A stretch of 64,000 nucleotides of DNA from an uncultured Acidimicrobiia bacterium (GTDB lineage: Bacteria > Acidobacteriota > Terriglobia > Versatilivoradales > Versatilivoraceae). The stretch spans positions 1,248,001 through 1,312,000 of the forward strand of contig CAWBAT010000005.1 in the NCBI GenBank assembly GCA_963786955.1. The letters run 5' to 3'. This document shows, piece after piece, positions 50,385-59,726 of the stretch; the stretch's first letter is position 1; each line of letters begins with the position of its first letter. Under the pieces are notes generated by a model, which made no database searches, was not told the DNA's origin, and saw only the letters and a program-made list of their open reading frames with translations. Both the position numbers and the translations under genes were made by a program.

Positions 50385-51497
50385 ATGACGCTGAAGATTT
50401 GCCATCTAATTTCAGGTGACCTTTGGGCAGGAGCTGAAGCGATGGCCTTTCATCTTCTCAGCGGCCTCAAGATGCAGCCTGGGATCGACCTTTTCGTGAT
50501 CCTCTTGAACAAAGGCAGACTCTCGGATGAGCTTGAAAACTTAAGCATACCCACCTGTGTTCTTGATGAGGGCAAGCGATCATTCCTGGAAATTGTTAGG
50601 TTGGCGACAAAATTGGTAAGGAAAAGATCACCCCATATTCTCCATTCCCATCGTTACAAGGAAAATATTCTTTCCTACCTTGTTTCCATCACTTTGAAAG
50701 AGAAGCCGGCTCTAGTCAGTACGCAGCATGGCATGCCTGAACTTTATGATGCTAGGCCGAGTCTGCTCCACAGGCTGAAGTTACACCTCAACTACAGGTT
50801 GCTTGCATCCAGGTTCGATAAGACCGTGGCCGTTTCTTCGGACATCAAGGAATCATTGATGAAGAACTATGGCTTCCAGGAAGAACAGCTTGAAATTATC
50901 CGTAACGGCATTCTTGTTCCGGAGATGCATTGTGGCTCCAGGGCGAACGAAGGCTTCGTGATTGGTTCTGCGGGTCGATTCTTCCCCGTTAAGAACTACC
51001 CCTTCATGGTCGAAGTGGCCAAAGAAGTGAATACGGAAACTGACAAAATTCGTTTCGAGCTGGCTGGTGAGGGGCCCATGCTGGACGACATTCAAGCCCT
51101 GATCAACCAGTATGGGCTAAAAGAGTTCTTTAAGCTCCGAGGGTTCATTCACGACGTGAGTGCCTTCTATCAGGGGCTTGATGTCTATGTGAATACCTCG
51201 TTGCATGAAGGAATTCCCATGAGCGTGCTCGAAGCCATGGCATACGGGGTTCCACCAATTGTACCCAGAGTCGGAGGATTGGAGGAGATCGTGACAGACG
51301 GGGTGGATGGATATCTTGTGGACTCTGGCAACCCAAGGGCCTTTGCCGAAAAATGCTTATCTCTCTACAATAACGAGACCCTGCGGCGGAATATGGCTTG
51401 TGCAGCACGAGAAAAAATAGTCAGGCAGTTTTCTGTTGAAAGAATGGTCAAGGATTACCTGGACATGTATACGAGCACGGTCAAGGAATCAGGTTGA
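50385..51497 (+). CDS. Glycosyltransferase family 4
   Basis: SGDLWAGAE, HSHRYKEN, IRNGI, SLHEGIPMSVLEAM; an upstream GTG start at 50361 is possible. Confidence 0.9.
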   Translation: MTLKICHLISGDLWAGAEAMAFHLLSGLKMQPGIDLFVILLNKGRLSDELENLSIPTCVLDEGKRSFLEIVRLATKLVRKRSPHILHSHRYKENILSYLVSITLKEKPALVSTQHGMPELYDARPSLLHRLKLHLNYRLLASRFDKTVAVSSDIKESLMKNYGFQEEQLEIIRNGILVPEMHCGSRANEGFVIGSAGRFFPVKNYPFMVEVAKEVNTETDKIRFELAGEGPMLDDIQALINQYGLKEFFKLRGFIHDVSAFYQGLDVYVNTSLHEGIPMSVLEAMAYGVPPIVPRVGGLEEIVTDGVDGYLVDSGNPRAFAEKCLSLYNNETLRRNMACAAREKIVRQFSVERMVKDYLDMYTSTVKESG

Positions 51498-51597
51498 GGT
51501 TAACTGGCACCGGTCCACGGATTCCCGTAGCTGCACGTTGACGATGGATTATCAATAATTAGAGGCAGCGTGGTCTCAAGAACACTTCTAAGATCAT

Positions 51598-51692
51598 TAA
51601 GCCGCCGATGAACGAAGATAGGGTGAAGATCAACCTGCTGAATTGCTTCTGTTTCCATACCGGCGTTGATCAGCGTTTATCTGCGGCAATTG
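51598..51692. repeat. Imperfect intergenic inverted repeat
   Basis: GCCGCCGATGAACG pairs imperfectly with CGTTTATCTGCGGC. Confidence 0.45.
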
Positions 51693-51738
51693 GCCGTTTT
51701 CGATTCTTAAGATAAGTTCTAGAGGGTGCGCGCACTAA

Positions 51739-52872
51739 ATGGCAGAAATCCTCCTTATTAGTTCGATCTTTCTCATCTTCTTCACCTATTTCGGTTATCC
51801 CGTGTCGCTGCTTCTGGTGGGCTGGATCCGGGGCCGGGACGTCAAGAGCGCTACGGTTCTGCCGTCTGTCACCTTCATTGTGACGGTTCATAATGAGGAA
51901 ACAAGGATCAAGACCAAGTTGGAGAACACGTTCAGTCTCGACTATCCGAAATCCAGACTCCAGATACTAGTGGCTTCAGATGGATCGAGCGACCGCACTA
52001 ATGAGATCGTTCGAGACTATTTTAGCCAGGGGGCCGTGCTTCTTGAAATGCCGGACCGGAGAGGAAAAGAGAATGCCCAAAAAGAGGCCATCGAGCGCGC
52101 GACCGGCGAAATTATTGTATTCAGCGATGTGGCGACCAGCATGGAGATAGGGGGGCTTCGGCAATTGGTTTCCAATTTCGCCGACCCCATGGTGGGCTGC
52201 GTCAGCAGTGAAGACCGCTTGCTGGGAAGGGATGGAAAGCCAAGTGGGGAGGGTTTGTATGTGCAGTATGAGATGTGGTTAAGAGCTCTCGAATCCAGGG
52301 CCAACTCACTAGTCGGACTCAGTGGGTCGCTGTTTGCTGCCAGAAAAGAGGTCTGTAAGGATTTTTCAGGCGAGATGCAGAGTGATTTCAGGACTGTATT
52401 GAATAGTGTGAAGATGGGACTTCGAGGTGTCAGCGATCCCCTTGCGGTTGGTTTATATCAGGACACCGTAGATCAGAAGCGAGAATGGGAGCGCAAGATT
52501 CGGACGGTGGTGCGAGGGCTCACTGTTTTTTTTCGCCACGTGGAACTTTTGAATGTGTTTCAGTATGGCCTTTTTTCATATCAGTTGTTTTGTCACAAGC
52601 TCCTTCGCTGGTTGGTGCCTTTCTTCCTGATTGGGGCTTTTGTTTCCAATCTCGCACTGATACAAAGCTCTTTCATCTATGGGGTTCTACTACTGCTTCA
52701 GCTCTTGCTTTATGGCTTTGGCACCCTTGGTTTACTGAGGCCAAAGATACAAAACAAAAGCTTGGTAAAGATCCCTGTGTACTTCCTCGCTGTAAATTCA
52801 TCAATCTTGCTTGCATGGTGGCGCTACTTGAGCGGCCAGCGCATCATCACATGGACGCCGACGAGAAGGTAA
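51739..52872 (+). CDS. Glycosyltransferase family 2 (membrane-anchored)
   Basis: VHNEE, ASDGSSD, FSDVA, GEGLY..YE..LR..ES, C-terminal TMs. Confidence 0.9.
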   Translation: MAEILLISSIFLIFFTYFGYPVSLLLVGWIRGRDVKSATVLPSVTFIVTVHNEETRIKTKLENTFSLDYPKSRLQILVASDGSSDRTNEIVRDYFSQGAVLLEMPDRRGKENAQKEAIERATGEIIVFSDVATSMEIGGLRQLVSNFADPMVGCVSSEDRLLGRDGKPSGEGLYVQYEMWLRALESRANSLVGLSGSLFAARKEVCKDFSGEMQSDFRTVLNSVKMGLRGVSDPLAVGLYQDTVDQKREWERKIRTVVRGLTVFFRHVELLNVFQYGLFSYQLFCHKLLRWLVPFFLIGAFVSNLALIQSSFIYGVLLLLQLLLYGFGTLGLLRPKIQNKSLVKIPVYFLAVNSSILLAWWRYLSGQRIITWTPTRR

Positions 52873-52909
52873 GAAGCTTTCTGCATGTAGTGGTTTTGAA
52901 TTCGGTGCC

Positions 52910-53926
52910 ATGCTGCATAAACTACCTTCCGCCACCCACGTCCAGGAAACTGAAATCGTCCCTCGGAAAACTCTGATCGATCCGCGCGTGCGGATTCCGA
53001 TCGCGCTCGCCGCCGTGACAATGTGCGTAGCAGTCGCCGTGCTCGGGCCGGACCCGAACCCGTATCTTCGTTCCGCGGAACGCTTTCACGACTTCCTGCA
53101 CGTGCCAGGATTCGGGCTCGTGGCTGCTTTTCTGCTCTTTGGCTTCCCATATCGCCCCGGCGCGACGCTCGGGAGGCGGACTTGGCATGTGGCAGTGCTC
53201 TTCATGGTCTCCGTCGCCATCGGCACCCTGGTCGAATTACTCCAGGGGATGCTAGGCAGCGATCCGGACCCGTGGGACGTCGTGCACGATGGGGCAGGCG
53301 CAGCGGCGATGTTGCTGGGTGCCGCCTCGTTCTGGCCCGCCGTGCGAACGTCCGGTCGCTGGGGACTACGTCTGGCGGCGCTGATTGCGGCGATCGGCTT
53401 TGCGGGGCCGACGATCTACGCGATTACCGACGAGGCCCGCGCACGGCGCGAATTCCCTGTCCTTGCCAGTTTCAACCGAGCCGAAGAGATCGACCGCTTC
53501 GAGTGGTCGGCTCTCGCGTCCGCGTCGCTCGTGCGCTTGGACAGGGGCGGCGCGGGCCAACGACGAGCGGTTCAGGTGACGTTTTCTCCCGGCGAGTACC
53601 CGGGGTTCACTTTGAAGTATTTCCCGCGAGACTGGCGCGGTTTCCAGCAGTTCGTCCTCTCTTGTACCAACGTTTCGGACGTCCCGTTCGACGTGACCAT
53701 CCGGCTCGATGACATGCAACACAACGAGGATTATTTTGATCGCTTCAACCGGAGCTACGTGCTCGCGCCGGGCCGCAACGAGATAGTCATTCCCTTGGCC
53801 GCCGTCGAGGCTGCACCGCTTGGGCGGAAGTTCGACCTCGGTCGCGTCCGGAGCGTCATGATTTTCGCCTATCGGTTGAAAGCGTCGCGGGAGATCCTGG
53901 TCGAAAGCCTGCGCCTCGATCGCTGA
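52910..53926 (+). CDS. VanZ-family membrane protein with a C-terminal carbohydrate-binding-like domain
   Basis: DFLHVPGFG, VELLQ..LG.D.D..DV..D..GA; C-terminal YPG..PRDW..F..RFN..GRNEI.IPL. Confidence 0.7.
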   Translation: MLHKLPSATHVQETEIVPRKTLIDPRVRIPIALAAVTMCVAVAVLGPDPNPYLRSAERFHDFLHVPGFGLVAAFLLFGFPYRPGATLGRRTWHVAVLFMVSVAIGTLVELLQGMLGSDPDPWDVVHDGAGAAAMLLGAASFWPAVRTSGRWGLRLAALIAAIGFAGPTIYAITDEARARREFPVLASFNRAEEIDRFEWSALASASLVRLDRGGAGQRRAVQVTFSPGEYPGFTLKYFPRDWRGFQQFVLSCTNVSDVPFDVTIRLDDMQHNEDYFDRFNRSYVLAPGRNEIVIPLAAVEAAPLGRKFDLGRVRSVMIFAYRLKASREILVESLRLDR

Positions 53927-54034
53927 GCGCAGCTAGGACACTCAACGCGGTGGGGTATCATACCATCTTGGAAAGGCCAAGCTAGTATCGGTATTGCGTC
54001 ATCTCGCACCACCCCTGCGGCACTGCGCGCCATA

Positions 54035-54058
54035 TCCCCTCCTCAGCAGAGGAGGGGA
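54035..54058. terminator. GC-rich hairpin between convergent genes (possible bidirectional terminator or REP remnant)
   Basis: TCCCCTCCTC-AGCA-GAGGAGGGGA perfect 10-bp stem. Confidence 0.5.
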
Positions 54059-54139
54059 GCTTTCATGCAACCATGCAGTTTCGCGAAAGCAACTAGGTAA
54101 CGGGAATACGCGAGGAAGCTCGCACCAACGGAAGCGGAT

Positions 54140-55069
54140 TTAGTTTATTTTCCTTAAGTTTTGAGGGGGGAGGGGAGCTGAAGCGTCCGTTGAGCATCCA
54201 ATTCGCTGGGTGGAAACAACTAAGTTATCCCAATAACGTGACTGCACCTGTGAGGCGCCGTTATTAATGTAATTTTCAAAAAATACTGCATTGATGCCAT
54301 AGGTGCTATAGCTACCGATAAAATTTAGGTTGGTTTTGCTTGCCTCAAGATGACCGTCAATCCAGAATTCTTGTATGCCATTCGACTGTCCCGCATCGTT
54401 CAACTTCACGTGCGCTTCAACGCAGTTCCACGTTCCGGCATTTGGAGAAGTGAAGATTGGGGTAGTACCACTCGCGCCCCCCAGGTAAACGATATGGGAA
54501 CTATCGTTATAGCCAACGCAATTTACCGTACTTCCTGTTACACAACTTGCAGGATCAATGAGTAAGTAATTATTGTTCCCCCCTGTATCATTTGACCATA
54601 GGTGAGCAATCATCGCCTCCGACCAATTCGAGGCAACAAAAGAAATCGCCCGTGTGAACTTGCTGTTGTGTCCACTTCCCTGACCAACCCAGTTGGCTTG
54701 AGACTTCAAATAGACCCGGTAATACACTTCTCGAAATTTCGTTGTACTATCCACTCCTGCAGGAGGAGGCATACCTGCACCTGGAGGTGTCATCCCTAGC
54801 GCTAATTTAAGTGATCCTGCATCCACTTGTCCGGAAGTCCAACTTGCCCGCATCCCATACGAATTGTTGAAGCCAATTCCAGACACTCTCGCAAAGCCGC
54901 CCTGGCCAGACGAATCAAAGTAGTTGGATATCTTGTCCGTTTCGAAATCATCGCACCATAACCAGGCCGGATGCAGTGTTTTCCAGTTGGACGGGCATTC
55001 GTCCGCAAATGAATTCAACGAAAACGTGGTGTACAGACAGAGCATGGCAAAGGGAATTGCATATTTCAC
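54140..55069 (-). CDS. Secreted jelly-roll (polysaccharide lyase/Cip1-like) protein with C-terminal APLPPQNLRKIN tail
   Basis: Signal peptide, WCDDFE, EVYYRVYLK, W.CVE.HVKLN..G..NG..EFWIDG, YWDNLVVST.RIGC; GGAG before GTG 55069. Confidence 0.7.
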   Translation of the reverse strand: MKYAIPFAMLCLYTTFSLNSFADECPSNWKTLHPAWLWCDDFETDKISNYFDSSGQGGFARVSGIGFNNSYGMRASWTSGQVDAGSLKLALGMTPPGAGMPPPAGVDSTTKFREVYYRVYLKSQANWVGQGSGHNSKFTRAISFVASNWSEAMIAHLWSNDTGGNNNYLLIDPASCVTGSTVNCVGYNDSSHIVYLGGASGTTPIFTSPNAGTWNCVEAHVKLNDAGQSNGIQEFWIDGHLEASKTNLNFIGSYSTYGINAVFFENYINNGASQVQSRYWDNLVVSTQRIGCSTDASAPLPPQNLRKIN

Positions 55070-55138
55070 TGATGTCTCCAAACAAATGATTTGATCTACT
55101 AGGGCCCAGTTCTCTGCAGGAAGCGGCAGAGAATTTAC

Positions 55139-56020
55139 TTATTGAATCCGCAGGTTAGTCGGTGGATTGGGAGGATTAACGGGACTTCCTGAAATATTCG
55201 AATTCCATGTATCATCTGTCGAGTAATCATCTGTCCATATATTTCCACCAGACCCGCAGGAACTTCCACCATTGCAATTCTGATGGTAGAAGACCTGGCA
55301 CATCGCATTGCCCCAGGTCGCCCCAGAAAAATCCCCACTCGCAGAATTGTAGAGATTGTGAACGAAGCTACCTACACTTGTTCCATTGACAAACAGTTCT
55401 ACCTTTCCACTGCCACCAGAAGTCGTTTGAAGAGTCAATGCGATAATGTACTCTTGATAATTCTTAGCCGCCGCTCCATTGAAGTTGTAATTCACGCTCC
55501 CGCAGACCCCACCACTACAACCGCTTCCATTGGTCGACTCCACGTTGATATTCGTCGTGTCGAGGTAAAACGTGAGCAGGTCACTGCCTCCGCCCTGCGT
55601 CAGCCGAATGATCTTATTGTGGCCCCTATTCCCAAAGCTAAACGTGCTGCCAAACTTCATCCACCAACGAAAGTAAAACGTCTTCCCACTAAACCACGTC
55701 CCAGCCCCGTAACTCCCGCTCTGCAAGTCATTACACCCACTCTGCCCATCACTTCCATCAGGAATCGTGTACTTCATCGCTCCGCTGCCATCATGCCCCC
55801 CCGTTGCATCAATCACCGCATTCGCAAAATTACACGTCCCTTTACTCGTCGTCGCACTGTCCGCATTCCAAGTAAAGTAGTTAGTTGCCATGGCGTCCTG
55901 ACCGGCCACGAACAGACAGAGAAACCAGATTATAGCCGCCAGACAAGACGACTTTTTCATTCTGGCTAAATAGAGCTTCCTGCTGCTGGGGAGACGCCAA
56001 AATGAAGAGGTGATTGTCAT
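55139..56020 (-). CDS. Secreted jelly-roll (polysaccharide lyase-like) protein with C-terminal PPNPPTNLRIQ tail
   Basis: AAGGAG RBS before ATG 56020, signal peptide ending QDAMA, FYFRWWMKF, HNKIIR, GKVELFVNG, IWTDD. Confidence 0.7.
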   Translation of the reverse strand: MTITSSFWRLPSSRKLYLARMKKSSCLAAIIWFLCLFVAGQDAMATNYFTWNADSATTSKGTCNFANAVIDATGGHDGSGAMKYTIPDGSDGQSGCNDLQSGSYGAGTWFSGKTFYFRWWMKFGSTFSFGNRGHNKIIRLTQGGGSDLLTFYLDTTNINVESTNGSGCSGGVCGSVNYNFNGAAAKNYQEYIIALTLQTTSGGSGKVELFVNGTSVGSFVHNLYNSASGDFSGATWGNAMCQVFYHQNCNGGSSCGSGGNIWTDDYSTDDTWNSNISGSPVNPPNPPTNLRIQ

Positions 56021-56885
56021 AGCAAAACTTCTCCTTGATTTGAACCGTTTCGTCAAGAGCGAACCTACATTGCCCGATAGGCTGAGTTTTCCGTCCCGCA
56101 ATGATCTTTCAACGTTCATTGGCTCACCGAATTCAAACCTATCCGAACTGCGCGCCAATGCCAGCGTCTTCTTTGCGGACCTCAATTGATTCTCTTGCGT
56201 CCCGGGGACCGTATATTGAAATCTTTCAGGCGCCATTTGGATTTCGTAGAACGACTGTCGAGCCCGGAAACATTACGGCATGAGAATCGCCAAAATCGCT
56301 CAGGCGTCAAGAACCAGATTAGCAGCTTTCTGGCCGCAGTTCACGCTTTCTTGGGGGCAGCTCAGAAATATGAAATTCCTAGCCAAGTTTGAGTATACAA
56401 CTTTCTTTTAAGTTGGATAGTTATGCTAACGAATCATCCAGTCCAAGCGGTGGAAAAGTCAAATCAATACCTGAACTTAGCCGATCTAATCCAGCCTGGA
56501 CCAGGTCTCCGGGATCATTACGACCTCTGAAGGAAGCTTCTTAACGAAACAGACTGAGCGGAGGCTTAAGAGGTTTTTGCCTGCACCCCTCGACTGCGTT
56601 CCGTCATTGAGTTCGAGGAAGGCCATAACTAATTCTGTAATGTCGAGAACAATATTGCAACCGCTGATCAAATCGTGTTGAAAAGTGACGTCCGAGCAGA
56701 GCGCCCCAGCCATACTTTGCTTATTGATGGAACAGGCACATGGACTTACCTTATACTTTGCCGACAGGCGCGCGTCACAGCGATGACAGTGATGGGACGG
56801 GCCATACTGAAGAAAGAGATCCATTCCCACCAGTACTAAAGGTAACAGGGGGTTGTGGCGATATAGATTTGGCCTTCTAAATACC

Positions 56886-57956
56886 ATGCCTATTAGTCCT
56901 CCAAATATCGCCCCAAAGGAAACCACAGTTACTGAAATATCGAATCGTCTTGACTCTGTTACATCCTACAACGCGTATCGCGAAAGACACCGGCACAATA
57001 GCTTCTACCACGATCCCGCCTGGGTAGACGTTATCCGTTCCTGCTTTGGTCACGAGACTCATTGGATTACGGTAAAGCAAAATGACAGGCTGACCGGAGC
57101 TCTTCCGCTGGTTTTCCTAAAGAGCCGGCTATTCGGAAAGGCGCTGGTCTCCATGCCCTATTTCAACTATGGCGGGATTCTGGCAGATGATAGCAGCGTC
57201 ACACAAATTCTCGTAAAGGGAGCTCTTGACCTTAAAGCAAGATTGCGGGCAGATTACATCGAGCTTCGTCAGACAGAAAAACTGGACTCCAACTGGCCCT
57301 TCCGGTCAAACAAGGTAAATATGCTGCTGTCGCTTCCTGGGCACGCCGAAACGCTCATGAAAGGCTTCAAGTCGAAGCTGCGCAATCAAATCCGACGTCC
57401 GGAAAAAGAGGGCTGTACCTTCCACTGGGGACAGGTCGAGCTTCTGCCTGAGTTTTACTCGGTTTTTGCAGAAAATATGAGAGATTTGGGTACACCTGTT
57501 TACCCGCAACGCTTTTTCAATACTATTCTTGAAAAATTCTCCGGTCAGTCCAATATTGCGGTGGTTCGGCTACGACAGAAGCCGGTTGCAGCCGCCTTCC
57601 TCGTTCATTATCAAAACAAGATGGAGATCCCCTGGGCAAGCTCCTTGAGGTCTTTTAATCCGGTCTCTCCAAATATGATGTTGTATTGGGGGGCTCTCGA
57701 GCGTGCTATTGCAATGGAAATGATCCAATTTGATTTCGGACGCTCATCTGTGGGCAGTGGAACATACCAATTCAAAGAACAGTGGGGTGCTTTGCCGCAT
57801 CCGACTTTTTGGATTTATCCAGGGAGCGCGGCCTCTCAACTTCCTGAACACAGCCCCCAAAGTAGCAAGTTTTTCTGGGCTACTCAGATTTGGAGGCGTC
57901 TGCCCCTGTTTCTGACAAACACAGCCGGACCCTGGATCGTTAAGAATATTCCGTAA
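56886..57956 (+). CDS. FemAB-like GNAT protein, XrtA/PEP-CTERM-system associated
   Basis: SRLFG..LVSMPYFNYGG, KLRNQIR, NMRDLGTPVY, PNMMLYW, FDFGRSS..GTYQFKEQWGA. Confidence 0.88.
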   Translation: MPISPPNIAPKETTVTEISNRLDSVTSYNAYRERHRHNSFYHDPAWVDVIRSCFGHETHWITVKQNDRLTGALPLVFLKSRLFGKALVSMPYFNYGGILADDSSVTQILVKGALDLKARLRADYIELRQTEKLDSNWPFRSNKVNMLLSLPGHAETLMKGFKSKLRNQIRRPEKEGCTFHWGQVELLPEFYSVFAENMRDLGTPVYPQRFFNTILEKFSGQSNIAVVRLRQKPVAAAFLVHYQNKMEIPWASSLRSFNPVSPNMMLYWGALERAIAMEMIQFDFGRSSVGSGTYQFKEQWGALPHPTFWIYPGSAASQLPEHSPQSSKFFWATQIWRRLPLFLTNTAGPWIVKNIP

Positions 57957-57986
57957 CGCCAAGTTCCGCAAATTCAGGGTAATTGT

Positions 57987-58569
57987 TGTAGCTGGGATCG
58001 CTGATCCTGGCCTGGGAGATTGGACATTTTTCGATAAAGTGCAGCGGCAGAATGCCGCTGCTTCCCCTGAGTGCCCTGTAAATTAGGCGATAGAATTCTA
58101 GCCCAGGGCCAGCGAGGAGCAAGAGCTCCTCACGCCGCCCTGGGTCAGCATTTCAACCAATATTATCTCCTCTCCCCCCGAATTGCTAGCCTTTCGGCGA
58201 TTCGGGGGGAGAGGGCGGGAGTGGGGGGTATTCGTTGCCAAATCCTGAATCATGCGTTTCGTTGTTGTTGCAGTGTTTGTCGGAACGAAGCGTGAGTTTT
58301 CGACGTCGACACCTTCTGCCCCCCCCTCACCTTCGCCCTCTCCCCCAACACGGAAAAGGTGTTGGGGGAGAGGGTAGGAATTCGTGGGAACGCTGACCCA
58401 GGGCAGCCGCAGCGGCTACTGCCGCTGGCGGCGCCCTGGGCTAGAATCCAACGCCCCGATGGGGCTCTCGAAGGAGGAAGCGGCCTCATGCCGCTTCATA
58501 AATGTCCAAACTCCAGAGCTGGGATCGCTGATCCTGGCCTGGGGGCCGGCCTCACCGCGGCCAGCTACA
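57987..58569. mobile_element. Non-coding MITE-like palindromic element inserted into a REP-like hairpin with a long direct repeat
   Basis: TIR about 17 bp (TGGGAGATTGGACATTT / AAATGTCCAAACTCCAG); AGCTGGGATCGCTGATCCTGGCCTGGG repeated at 57990 and 58517; nested internal inverted repeats. Confidence 0.75.
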
Positions 58570-59037
58570 GCTTGCACAAGTTAATTTCAAGTCTATCGCT
58601 TCATTTCTCGACCCACCCATTTGATTCCGCGAAGTCTCACTTCTTTTAGCATCCAATCCACGATGGCTATTACTGGTCCCAACTTGTAGTAGCTCCGCTT
58701 CAGATCCTTCGGTAACGGCGGCATTGCGTTACCCACGGCCTCCCGCAACGTCCTCCCTAACTACTCTGCTTTACGAGTTCCTTCCCGAATTCCCCCACCC
58801 CCAACTCACATCTACTCGAGTCCTCTTTGGATAATTCCACTGTAGCTCTCCAGCTCAAGGGCCCCGACCTTCTCAAAATTTCTCTCGGTTCAAATTGCAG
58901 CTCTTAGATTTCCGAGTGATGGCAAACATATGGTTCAGAAAGGGACTAATTCATAGATCCGAAATCAACTAGCGCTAAACCTTCAAAAATTTGGCGATGC
59001 AGGATGTGCGGAGCAAGATTCGCTCCCCGGTAACAGA

Positions 59038-59057
59038 ATTGTTCACAGTGGAACAAT
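59038..59057. promoter_or_regulatory. Candidate enhancer-binding-protein site
   Basis: Perfect inverted repeat ATTGTTC-N6-GAACAAT about 50 bp upstream of the -24 element. Confidence 0.55.
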
Positions 59058-59106
59058 CTCAGATGATTAAACATTAGACGTTGCAAGATTAGAGGTCAAA
59101 AACGAA

Positions 59107-59122
59107 TGGCATGCAAGTTGCT
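59107..59122 (+). promoter_or_regulatory. Sigma-54 (-24/-12) promoter
   Basis: TGGCATGCAAGTTGCT: GG-N10-GC, close to the TGGCACG-N4-TTGCW consensus, about 50 bp before ATG 59174. Confidence 0.8.
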
Positions 59123-59173
59123 GTACTTCAAGATGGAAAGAGGGCTTTTCTTGATTGGAGGAATCATAACATC

Positions 59174-59680
59174 ATGAAGTATAAAGCAGATAAACTTATT
59201 ACGATCACTATACTTCTTATTGTTGGAATGGTTCTTTTGCCTTCCTGTTTAATGGCAGCAGATGTTCAACTTGCCTGGAATGCCAATACAGAGTCCAACT
59301 TGGGTGGATACAGGATCTACTACGGGACGAGTTCGGGTAACCTGAGCAGTTCAGTCAACGCCGGGAACGTGACAGCCTATACCCTGACCGGACTTTCGCT
59401 TGGAACAACTTACTATTTTGCGGCGACTGCCTATAACACATCTGGGAGCGAAAGTGGTTTTTCAAACATCGTTTCTGCGACGGCTGGTTCTTCTTCTTCG
59501 CCTAGCTGTGATGTGAATGGGGATGGTTCTGTGAACGCACTCGATCTACAAGGATTGAGCAATGGCATATTGGCTGGATCCACGTCCAGTGTTTACGACA
59601 TTAATCGGGATACCGCAGTGAACGCTTTGGACTTGCAACGGCTTGCAAATATTATTCTCGGCACCGCTGTTTGCCAGTAG
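59174..59680 (+). CDS. Secreted FN3 (A-strand-less) + dockerin-like protein
   Basis: Signal peptide then directly DVQLAW..GYRIYYG..LTGL..GTTYYF..TAY..ES.FS; duplicated Ca-binding loops DVNGDGSVNALD and DINRDTAVNALD. Confidence 0.85.
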   Translation: MKYKADKLITITILLIVGMVLLPSCLMAADVQLAWNANTESNLGGYRIYYGTSSGNLSSSVNAGNVTAYTLTGLSLGTTYYFAATAYNTSGSESGFSNIVSATAGSSSSPSCDVNGDGSVNALDLQGLSNGILAGSTSSVYDINRDTAVNALDLQRLANIILGTAVCQ

Positions 59681-59726
59681 CTGCGAGAATGGGAATCATC
59701 AGACTAACTAAGGTGAAGGATTGGTC

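Noticed and set aside
56240-56880. Long divergent intergenic region and ORF 56486..56926
   Set aside because: I could not support any protein family, RNA structure or promoter here; left unannotated.
57940-58649. Short ORFs in the palindromic region as a transposase
   Set aside because: No DDE or HUH motifs; they are by-products of GC-rich repeats.
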